This document shows positions 56,709-64,000 of a DNA stretch of 64,000 bases, in pieces. Position 1 is the stretch's first letter. Each line of letters opens with the position of its first letter. Location: the NCBI GenBank assembly GCA_018436595.1, contig JAHDLC010000012.1, positions 26,953 through 90,952 on the forward strand, given 5' to 3'. The notes below the pieces were generated by a model. That model had not been told where the DNA came from. It was given only the letters and a program-made list of their open reading frames with translations, and ran no database searches. The stretch is from Synergistaceae bacterium. Its GTDB lineage: Bacteria > Synergistota > Synergistia > Synergistales > Aminobacteriaceae. The position numbers were made by a program, and so were the translations under genes.

Positions 56709-57533
56709 CTACTTGAGCTCCAGCGTGTAATTCGCCCCAAACACGTTGTCGTCCCCGTTGTCCGCAACGACAACGGCCTTGTACCCTCCCGGCGCAAGCT
56801 TCGACAGGTCGAGCACGAACCGTGCCGAACACCCCGGGTAGATCCGGTGCCTGCTCCCGTCGATCTTCCCGCTCGACTGCCCCTTTTTGTTGAACAGTTC
56901 GGTCCACACATGGGGTGTCAGCAGCCGCTCCCCCGTGTTTTCGAGATCGAGGGTCAGGAAACGGCCGTTCTTTTCCTTCGCCAGGCTCCTGCTCTGGAAG
57001 CTGAGCTTCGCTTCCCCGGAAGAGCCAATGGTGGTGATCATCTGCACGGCAAGGCGGATCACGGTAACGACCTGGATGTCCACGTCGCTTTCCTGCTTTC
57101 CCGGCGTCAGGAGGCTTTTCGGGACAGGTTCGATCATGAGCAGGCTCCAGTAGGTTCCCTTGAGTTTCGGGTCAGGAGGAACGGAAAGGGTGAAATTGAT
57201 CGTCAGGGATCCCTTTGCCGGTATCACCGCCTGGTTGGGAGTCAGGCTTATCCAGGAGGCGTTTGACCGTCCCACGGTCCCGGTTTTCTGGAAGAGAGCC
57301 CGTCCGTCCGCGTAGTGAAGATAGTCCTGGAGAAAAATCTTGAGCTCGCTTTCCTCGTCTCCGGTGTTCTGGACGACGATCTCCCCCCGGGTCTTTCCCC
57401 CCGGATCGAGGGTAAACGACCTGGTCAGCGTTCCGTCCACATTCAGGTTGATGCCGGCCGAAAGGCTGCCGCACATCCCTGCCAGCAACAGGCAGGCCAG
57501 GCACAATCCGTTCACGAGCACCCTGTATTTCAT
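56709..57533 (-). CDS. Periplasmic pilus chaperone-like protein (PapD/DUF916-like)
   Basis: Signal peptide; V.NTG, SWISLTP, V.IPA, GTYWS.LMIEP, L.LENTG, IYPG. Confidence 0.65.
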   Translation of the reverse strand: MKYRVLVNGLCLACLLLAGMCGSLSAGINLNVDGTLTRSFTLDPGGKTRGEIVVQNTGDEESELKIFLQDYLHYADGRALFQKTGTVGRSNASWISLTPNQAVIPAKGSLTINFTLSVPPDPKLKGTYWSLLMIEPVPKSLLTPGKQESDVDIQVVTVIRLAVQMITTIGSSGEAKLSFQSRSLAKEKNGRFLTLDLENTGERLLTPHVWTELFNKKGQSSGKIDGSRHRIYPGCSARFVLDLSKLAPGGYKAVVVADNGDDNVFGANYTLELK

Positions 57534-58030
57534 CGCGTTCTCACCACCGTAAAAATCAGGCTGGTCCGTATCGTTGCCCCGGGCGTCCGGGGGGTGATCC
57601 CCCCAATTTTGAGCTGCAGGGGGACCTGCATCCTGTCACCTGTTCCGGAAAAAAGAAGCACCGGGCTCTCGCCGACGGGTACAAACCCCAGTCCGTTGCG
57701 GATCCAGCCTGCCCCATGCCCGCTGCCGCTCCGGCGCACCCAGAGCTTCACTCCCTCCGGAAGAGGTGAACCCTGTATTTTGACCTCAATTCCCCACTGT
57801 TCACGGGTATTTCCCGCATTGACCACGCTGAGAGCAGCGGATCCCGGCATGCTCTGCATCGAGGGATCGGAAGAGGACCAGAAAGAAGCCCTGAGAGGAA
57901 ATCTCCAGCTTCCCGAAACGATGACGTCAAGACCTTCCGCAGCCAGGGGAGACAAAACCGCCCCGGACAAAAAGAAGCACAGGAAAAGAAAAACTGCGGG
58001 TGCCTTCCAACGTTCCGTTCTCATGAACAT
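57530..58030 (-). CDS. Exported pilin-like minor subunit
   Basis: Signal peptide; LPEGVKLWV motif; terminal beta-strand TSLIFTV. Confidence 0.6.
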   Translation of the reverse strand: MFMRTERWKAPAVFLFLCFFLSGAVLSPLAAEGLDVIVSGSWRFPLRASFWSSSDPSMQSMPGSAALSVVNAGNTREQWGIEVKIQGSPLPEGVKLWVRRSGSGHGAGWIRNGLGFVPVGESPVLLFSGTGDRMQVPLQLKIGGITPRTPGATIRTSLIFTVVRTR

Positions 58031-58159
58031 GTCCCCCCTCGATGGTGCCGTATTCGTATTGCTTGTATAGAAAAGCCGGCGGGGCCTTCCAAGACACTTC
58101 ATTCAGTTCTTCCGGCCGATGAAGCAAACGACGAGTACCTGTCTGTCCGCTTCCCTGCA

Positions 58160-58690
58160 CTAAATCTGGTCGAGAATGGTGAGCTTCAGGACAACCATTC
58201 CGTTGCCGCCTGCGGCGGTGTTGTCGGCGAAGAGGCTGACCTCACCCGTCCCGTTGGCCATGTACAGTTTCTCGAGATCCTTCACGAGATCCACGTCCGC
58301 GGTCCCGAGCACCTGGGGTCCCGTGGTATGTCCGATTCCGTCAGGCCTGTTCAGCAGGCCCCACATGGACACGCCCGTGGGAAGGGCAGGCGAAATGGAC
58401 CCGACGATCTTCCGGAGCCCTACGCCTGTCGCCGCGGCCATGTACTTGAAACCCTTATGGAAGTTGCCTGACCCGGGAGCGCCGATATAGGTGCAGATCT
58501 TCAGTTCGTCGTCAAAAATATAGATCGTTGACATCGGCTGGACTTTCCAGAAGATGTTCAACGAATCGGAATTGGGAAGGGGATCGCAGGACGGAGGACA
58601 AAACAGCAAATCCACTTCCTCCGCCAGGACAGCCCCTGCCACACCTACCACAAACAGCACCGCGAGAAGCACCAGTATCGCTTTCTTCAT
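58160..58690 (-). CDS. Exported pilin-like major subunit candidate
   Basis: Classic signal peptide MKKAILVLL..VLA; N-terminal Cys pair CPPSC; terminal strand VVLKLTILD; GAGGTG RBS. Confidence 0.65.
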   Translation of the reverse strand: MKKAILVLLAVLFVVGVAGAVLAEEVDLLFCPPSCDPLPNSDSLNIFWKVQPMSTIYIFDDELKICTYIGAPGSGNFHKGFKYMAAATGVGLRKIVGSISPALPTGVSMWGLLNRPDGIGHTTGPQVLGTADVDLVKDLEKLYMANGTGEVSLFADNTAAGGNGMVVLKLTILDQI

Positions 58691-58983
58691 TTCACTCACC
58701 TCTTCTTTCTCGGTAAATTGCCCCAAAGAAGGCCCCGCCGGCCTTCGGACACAAAGAACCACCTGTCTGCGGAGACAATTTCCTGTCCGCGCAGCAAACG
58801 CCGAAAATACATTTCAGACCCTGAAATGCAGAACCGCTGCGACCGGGAAAGAATTACGGAAATGAGAGAACGGAAAAACTGAAGGGATTATGGAAGACCG
58901 GGATAAAGCCTGGATAAATGGAACGACCATCAAAAAGAAAAAAATTCCATGCCCCACAATGTGCCTTTACGTCGTACCACGAC

Positions 58984-59110
58984 CTGCCCCACGCATTGCC
59001 ACTGTATTGCCTTTTGTTTTGCCCCTTGTTTTGCACCCTGCATTGCCCCATGCCTTGCAGGTTGCTTTACCCTTTGCCTTGTGCCTTGCATTGCATACTG
59101 CCTTTCTTGT
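58984..59110. repeat. Degenerate 12-bp tandem repeat array (about 10 units, TTGCnnnnTGYn)
   Basis: Units: CTGCCCCACGCA, TTGCCACTGTA, TTGCCTTTTGTT, TTGCCCCTTGTT, TTGCACCCTGCA, TTGCCCCATGCC, TTGCAGGTTGCT, TTACCCTTTGCC, TTGTGCCTTGCA, TTGCATACTGCC. Confidence 0.85.
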
Positions 59111-59170
59111 TTCGCCCCTTTGCACATCAAAAATCTTCTTTTCTTTTGCACTACTATTTATTTCAGCTCA

Positions 59171-59198
59171 ATTATAACCATTGCATCTTCTTTGTCAA
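59171..59198 (-). promoter_or_regulatory. Consensus sigma70 promoter facing the pilus-like operon
   Basis: TTGACA-N16-TATAAT on the minus strand. Confidence 0.75.
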
Positions 59199-59398
59199 TC
59201 ACCCTGTCTTTGTATTATGTATTTTCTGATTTCATGTATTCGCTCACCCCTTTTCATGGTTCTGATCCGGCAGTATGCAGGATGAACGAAGAAGAATCAG
59301 CAACCCCGAAGGGGGACAAAACATTGTTTCCGGCAGATGCATGACGAAGGGAGCCGAAGAAAAACATTCTCCGGCTCCCTTCGTCCTCCCGCTAAATA

Positions 59399-60475
59399 TC
59401 AGGCTTTCAGCGCCACCGCCACTGCCGGGTCGAACAAGAGGCTGACCGCCTCTCCCTCGGCCCACATCCTTTTCCCGGGAAGGAAGGGGTCGAAGGAGAG
59501 CACCGTCCGGCCGCTTTCCAGGGCGACTTCGTACTCCATGCGCCCGCCGAGGAAGGTCGCGGTGAGAATTGTCCCCTTCATCCCGTCTCCTGAGGAGGGC
59601 AGGAGGTTTTCCGGCCGGACGACCACCGCCGCTTCGTCTCCGGGTACGAAGGAAGCGTCTTTAACGGCCCGTACGGACACGCTGATATCCGGAAGGGAGA
59701 CGGAGACTGCCCCTCCCTCCGCGGAGAGGACTTTGCCCGGTATGATGTTCGCCTGGCCGATAAAATCGGCCACGAAAAGGGAGCTCGGGTCGCTGTAAAT
59801 ATCGAGGGGGGCCCCGATCTGTTCCACCTTTCCCCTGTTCATCACCATGATCCGGTCGGACATGGTGAGGGCCTCCCCCTGGTCATGGGTGACATAGAGG
59901 CAGGTGATGTCCAGGTGTTTCTGAATCCTCCGTATTTCGGTGCGCATGTGGATTCTCAGCTTTGCGTCGAGGTTTGACAGGGGCTCGTCCATCAGCAGCA
60001 CCCTCGGCTGCAGCACGAGCACCCTGGCCAGGGCCACCCGCTGCTGCTCGCCCCCCGAGAGCTGGTTCGGGAACCGGTTTTCCGCCTTCGCCAGGCCCAC
60101 GAGGTCGAGCCCCTCCCGGACCTTCCGGCGGATCTCCTCCTCACGGCCACCCTTGACCCGAAGCCCGTAGGCCACGTTCTCGAAGACGCTCATGTGGGGG
60201 AACAGGGCGTAATTCTGGAAGACGAAGCCGATATCCCTCCTGTTCACCGGGACATTGGTCACGTCCTGGCCGTCGATGGTGATGGTTCCACCGGAGGGGG
60301 TTTCGAACCCCGCCACCATCCTGAGGGTCGTGGTCTTCCCGCATCCGGAGGGACCGAGAAAAGTGACCATCTCTCCCGGCGCCACCGTCATGGAGACGTT
60401 GTCCACAGCCCGGACCAGTTCCCGGTCCTTCCGGAATATTTTCGACACATTCAAGAGTTCGAGTGTTACGGCCAT
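59399..60475 (-). CDS. ABC transporter ATP-binding protein (PotA/FbpC-like), second copy
   Basis: GPSGCGKT, LSGGEQQR, DEPLSNLD, VTHDQ. Confidence 0.95.
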   Translation of the reverse strand: MAVTLELLNVSKIFRKDRELVRAVDNVSMTVAPGEMVTFLGPSGCGKTTTLRMVAGFETPSGGTITIDGQDVTNVPVNRRDIGFVFQNYALFPHMSVFENVAYGLRVKGGREEEIRRKVREGLDLVGLAKAENRFPNQLSGGEQQRVALARVLVLQPRVLLMDEPLSNLDAKLRIHMRTEIRRIQKHLDITCLYVTHDQGEALTMSDRIMVMNRGKVEQIGAPLDIYSDPSSLFVADFIGQANIIPGKVLSAEGGAVSVSLPDISVSVRAVKDASFVPGDEAAVVVRPENLLPSSGDGMKGTILTATFLGGRMEYEVALESGRTVLSFDPFLPGKRMWAEGEAVSLLFDPAVAVALKA

Positions 60476-62172
60476 CAGCCTCGGCCTCCTTCACCGGAAA
60501 TGCGCCTCGTTGCGAAGCGGGTCAGGCCCGTCAGGACGGCGGTGGCGCCGAAGACGAGCAGAATGAGCACGACGGAAAAGGCGCAGGCCTGGGCGAACTG
60601 CAGCTCCGTCATGCACTCGAGGATGCGGGTCGTGAGCAGGCTCCACTTGACGGACACGAGGAAAATGGTGGCGCTGATGGCGGTCATGCAGTGGATGAAC
60701 AGGTACCGCATCCCCATGAGCACCGCGGGAACCACCAGGGGGACGGTCACCCTGAAGAAGGTCCTGGCCGCCCCGGCGCCGAGACTTGCCGACGCCTCCT
60801 CGATGGAGGGATCGATCTGGTGGAGGGACGCGATCACCGCCCGGATGCCCGCGGCGTGGTAGCGGAACATGTAGGCCGCCACGAGGATGGTCATGGTGCC
60901 CGTGAGCAGGATGGGCTTTTCGTTGAAGGCGATGACGTAGGCGATGCCCACCACCGTTCCGGGAAGGGCGTAGTTCAGCATGGAGAAAAATTCCATGGCC
61001 CTGGTGCCGAAAAACCGCTTCCGCTGGGCGATATAGCCTACCACCACGGCCATGAGACCTCCGAGAGGCGTGGCCACCGCAGCGATGGACAGGGTGTCGG
61101 CAATGGCCTTGCGCCCGTGGGTGAACACGTACCGGAAATTCTCCCAGGTCATGGAGTTGTCCACGCCCCAGACCTTCACCAGGGCTCCCCAGAGGATCAG
61201 GGAATACAGGTACAGGATGAAGGCGGTGACGGCGAAGCACACCCCGAGCACGAGCCCCTCCGCGAGCTTGCCCTTGCTCTTGAAGCCCGAGCGGCTTCCC
61301 GTCTTTCCGCTGATGGTCACGTAATTTTTCCGTCCAACCCAGAAGCGCTGCAGGGCGTAGACCCCCATGGCGGGAAGAAGGAGAAGGAAGGAAAGGGCCG
61401 CCCCGCCCCGCAGGTCATAGAGCCCCGTGATCTGGAGGTACGCCTGGGTGGGAAGCACGGGGAAGCTGTGGCCCGCCAGCACCAGGGGAGTGGCGAAATC
61501 CGCCAGGGAGCTGGCGAAGAGGAGCAGCACCGAGTTGGCGATGCCCGGGGTGGACAGGGGCAGGGTCACTGTCCGGAAAACCCGCCCCGGCGAAGCCCCC
61601 AGGGACAGCCCGGCGTCCTCGAGGTTCGGGTCGATGGCGGAAAGGACCGCCGCCAGGGTGAGGAAGGAGACGGGAAAATAGGTGAGCGTCTCGGACATCC
61701 AGGTACCCCAGAATCCGTAGAAACTGAAGTTCTCTATGCCGAAGAACTTCAGGAGGATGCCGTTGGGCCCCAGGGAAAGGGTCAGGGCGATGCTGCTCGT
61801 GAAGGGCGGGGAAATGAGGGGCAGCGTGGTGACCGCTCCGAGAAACCATTTCAGCCAGGAGGGAAGGGGAATCCTGGTTACCGCGAAGGCGTAGATGTAC
61901 CCCAGCACCGTCCCGGCAAACGAAACGGCCCCCGCGAGCCAGAGGCTGTTCAGGAAGGCCTGCCGGTCGTACCAGCTGTCGAGAACCGCCCCGAGGTTCG
62001 CGAAGGAAAACTGGCCTTCCACCATAAACGTCATAAGAAAAAGCCGAAGGACCGGGTACAGGACGAACACCGCCAGGGAAATCCAGATGGCGGCAAGGGC
62101 AGGGAGAAGGGCCGGGTCCCGTTTGAGCGGCGACACCTTCTCCGGAGCGGAGAGCGCGGATGGTCGGTTCAT
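60475..62172 (-). CDS. ABC transporter permease (AfuB/FbpB-like), second copy
   Basis: Two EAA loops (LEDAGLSLGA, IEEASASLGA); LADFATP. Confidence 0.9.
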   Translation of the reverse strand: MNRPSALSAPEKVSPLKRDPALLPALAAIWISLAVFVLYPVLRLFLMTFMVEGQFSFANLGAVLDSWYDRQAFLNSLWLAGAVSFAGTVLGYIYAFAVTRIPLPSWLKWFLGAVTTLPLISPPFTSSIALTLSLGPNGILLKFFGIENFSFYGFWGTWMSETLTYFPVSFLTLAAVLSAIDPNLEDAGLSLGASPGRVFRTVTLPLSTPGIANSVLLLFASSLADFATPLVLAGHSFPVLPTQAYLQITGLYDLRGGAALSFLLLLPAMGVYALQRFWVGRKNYVTISGKTGSRSGFKSKGKLAEGLVLGVCFAVTAFILYLYSLILWGALVKVWGVDNSMTWENFRYVFTHGRKAIADTLSIAAVATPLGGLMAVVVGYIAQRKRFFGTRAMEFFSMLNYALPGTVVGIAYVIAFNEKPILLTGTMTILVAAYMFRYHAAGIRAVIASLHQIDPSIEEASASLGAGAARTFFRVTVPLVVPAVLMGMRYLFIHCMTAISATIFLVSVKWSLLTTRILECMTELQFAQACAFSVVLILLVFGATAVLTGLTRFATRRISGEGGRG

Positions 62173-62216
62173 GGCGTCATTCTCCTTGAGTGAGCTGTAA
62201 TGCCTGCAGAACAGGG

Positions 62217-62249
62217 AAAAAGCCCCGGCGGGAGACACTCCCGCCGGGG
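62217..62249 (-). terminator. Hairpin/terminator after SBP gene
   Basis: CCCCGGCGGGAG/CTCCCGCCGGGG stem with T-tract on the minus strand. Confidence 0.75.
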
Positions 62250-62281
62250 ATGGGGTCTGCGTCGGATTCCAGAAAAAGGGC

Positions 62282-63289
62282 CTACTTGATGACTTCGTTG
62301 ATCCAGCGGTCAACGAAGGCCTTGCGGTTCTGGCCCTTCCAGGTCACGTCCACTTCCACCAGGCTGACCTTGGAAAGGTCAAGGGCGGGATTGGTCACTT
62401 CCACGTCGCCCCGGGTGGGGATGTAGTTGATCTTCCTGTCCACCAGCAGCTGGGCGAAGGTTTTCGAGGAAGCCCAGTCCATAAACTTTTTGGCGTTCTC
62501 CAGATTTCTGGCGCCCTTCAGGACACCGGTAGCCTCGATGCCGAAGGAAACTCCCTCCTTCGGGTAGCTGATCACGACAGGGTGTCCCTGCTGCTGGATG
62601 TCCAGGGCGTCCACGATGTAGAAAATGCCGGAGGCCGCCTGTCCCATCGCCACGGGCATGGCGCCGCCGGCGCCGCTCTTTGTGTACATCTGGATGTTCT
62701 GGTGGAGTTTCTTCTGGTAGGCGAAGGCCTCGTCCTCGCCCAGAATCTTCACAAGGGAGTAGATTCGCTCCGTGGCCGTGCCGGAGGTCCGGGCGTCGGC
62801 CATCTGGAGGCCGTTTTTATAGGCGGGGTCCAGGAGATCATTCCACGACGCGGGAGCTTCGAGCCCCTTGTCCGCCAGGAACTTCGTGTTGGTGAGGAAA
62901 ACCAGCGGGATGATCCCGATGCCGGTCCAGAAGTTCTCTTTCGAGCGGAACTTGTCCGGGATGCCGTCAGCCCCTGCGGGCCTGTAGGCCTCGAAGACCC
63001 CTTCCTTTATGCCCGCCTCGTAGGTGTCGGCGGGGCCGCCGAGGATCATGTCCACCTGGGGATTGTTCTTCTCCGCCACTACCCTGGCGAGCGCCTCGCC
63101 GGAGGAAAACCGCATGAAATTCACCTTGATTCCCGTTTCGGCGGTGAAGGCCTCAAAAACCTGGGAGGCGTACTTCTCCGGCATGATGGTGTAGGCGTTC
63201 AGTTCTCCCGAAGCGAACGCTCCTCCGGCCATGACGGCGACAAGGAGCAGTGAAGCGATGACGACTCTGAGTCTGGACACAACGATCAT
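62282..63289 (-). CDS. ABC transporter substrate-binding protein (AfuA-like), second copy
   Basis: Signal peptide; SSGE, SWNDLLDP.YK, RTSGTA, YPKEG; start at ATG 63289 or GTG 63280. Confidence 0.85.
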   Translation of the reverse strand: MIVVSRLRVVIASLLLVAVMAGGAFASGELNAYTIMPEKYASQVFEAFTAETGIKVNFMRFSSGEALARVVAEKNNPQVDMILGGPADTYEAGIKEGVFEAYRPAGADGIPDKFRSKENFWTGIGIIPLVFLTNTKFLADKGLEAPASWNDLLDPAYKNGLQMADARTSGTATERIYSLVKILGEDEAFAYQKKLHQNIQMYTKSGAGGAMPVAMGQAASGIFYIVDALDIQQQGHPVVISYPKEGVSFGIEATGVLKGARNLENAKKFMDWASSKTFAQLLVDRKINYIPTRGDVEVTNPALDLSKVSLVEVDVTWKGQNRKAFVDRWINEVIK

Positions 63290-63337
63290 CTCCTTCTTTT
63301 TTTGCATGCAATGTAAACGCTTTGTTCCTGCACCTTT

Positions 63338-63366
63338 ATTATGGCCCCGGTGCTCCTGTTTCGCAA
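63338..63366 (-). promoter_or_regulatory. Candidate sigma70 promoter for second ABC operon
   Basis: TTGCGA-N17-CATAAT on the minus strand. Confidence 0.55.
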
Positions 63367-63430
63367 CATGGACCTGAAAAGAAAGAAAAAAGAGAAAAGA
63401 GGCCGATCTGCTTTCCTCTCTTCTCCATGC

Positions 63431-63476
63431 GAAAATACAGCGGGATCCGCCCGGAGGCGGATCCCGCTGTATTTTC
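63431..63476 (-). terminator. Strong terminator after dctP-like gene
   Basis: Perfect 21-bp stem GAAAATACAGCGGGATCCGCC-CGGA-GGCGGATCCCGCTGTATTTTC. Confidence 0.85.
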
Positions 63477-63499
63477 TTTGCCTGTTTTCTGCCGGCGGA

Positions 63500-64000
63500 T
63501 TACTTTGAGAAGCCGAGTTCCTTCGCTTCGTCCTTGTAGCCGAGATCCCACAGGACCGTACGGTAGATCTCGAGGAATTCCTTGCCCTCTGCAGACTTGC
63601 CGCACTCTTCGACCACGAGCTTGTGTCCCACACTGCGGGCCTTGGCTTCGTCCTCAGGGCTCCAGCGGACCACGGTGACGTTGGGCATTTCCTTCCACTT
63701 CTCCCGGGCCTTGATCTCATGGACGTAGACCATGGCAGAGAGATAGCGGATGCGATCGCGGGCGATAATCACAATATCCTTGTACTCCTGGGGAAGGTCA
63801 TTCCACCTGTCGGGATTGACCACCAGGGGGAAGTACTCGCAGGTCCCGTTCTGGAAGGCGGGGTCCACGGCGTAGGCGGCCACTTCGTGGAAGCCCATGC
63901 GCATGTTCTCATCCCAGAAGGTCCACTCGGCGGCGTCAATGTTCTTCGTCTGGAAGGCGGTGTAGATCTCGGGGGCGGAGAGAGACACCGTGGTGGCTCC
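63500..64000 (-). CDS. dctP: TRAP solute-binding protein C-terminal part (5' truncated by window edge)
   Basis: LSAPEIYTAFQT..IDAAEW, MGFHEVA, VN..RWNDLP..YK. Confidence 0.75.
   Translation of the reverse strand, partial: GATTVSLSAPEIYTAFQTKNIDAAEWTFWDENMRMGFHEVAAYAVDPAFQNGTCEYFPLVVNPDRWNDLPQEYKDIVIIARDRIRYLSAMVYVHEIKAREKWKEMPNVTVVRWSPEDEAKARSVGHKLVVEECGKSAEGKEFLEIYRTVLWDLGYKDEAKELGFSK

Noticed and set aside
58984-59110. Possible CRISPR array
   Set aside because: Units are 12 bp with no repeat-spacer structure, and there are no cas genes
58930-59151. Minus-strand 73-aa ORF with QGAKQGAKQ repeats resembling Rpn/PD-(D/E)XK C-terminal repeats or a Gln-rich leader peptide
   Set aside because: No SD, no nuclease domain nearby, and the periodicity is explained by the DNA array; cannot be supported as a CDS
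58949-59344. Plus-strand ORF with Cys every fourth residue (CFAPCFAPCIAPC), metallothionein-like
   Set aside because: Direct by-product of the 12-bp TTGC array; no RBS, low-GC composition, antisense to a consensus promoter

Overview
GC-rich bacterial chromosomal window with about 52 CDS. No rRNA, tRNA or CRISPR array was seen. Gene content (many TRAP/ABC importers, Mo/W oxidoreductases, outer-membrane proteins) points to an anaerobic diderm fermenter such as Synergistota; this taxonomy is inference only. From left to right: (1) 1-10.2 kb, catabolic/housekeeping genes (dctM fragment, sirtuin, AtoE + amidase, class V aminotransferase, 5'-nucleotidase, Ldh2-family dehydrogenase, xylulokinase); (2) nadE and ftsH; (3) a second Ldh2 dehydrogenase + LarA-family racemase + TRAP operon; (4) 20.1-36.7 kb, an operon next to a PucR-family regulator gene encoding a family III CoA-transferase, DUF2877/FdrA/micro-ORF/DUF1116, a cyclase-family amidohydrolase, a three-subunit xanthine-dehydrogenase-type enzyme, an atypical AOR and two NCS2 permeases; (5) an AfuABC/FbpABC-like ABC importer; (6) 40.7-48.9 kb, exported proteins with LPP20-, FlgT_N-, CsgG/FlgO-like, TPR and repeat domains, one interrupted by an in-frame TGA right after its signal peptide; (7) small metabolic genes and an IS3 orfA remnant; (8) 53.3-58.7 kb, a five-gene chaperone-usher-like pilus operon behind a consensus promoter, a 12-bp repeat array and a structured leader; (9) a second AfuABC-like importer and a partial dctP. 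All family assignments come from motif recognition by eye, not database searches.
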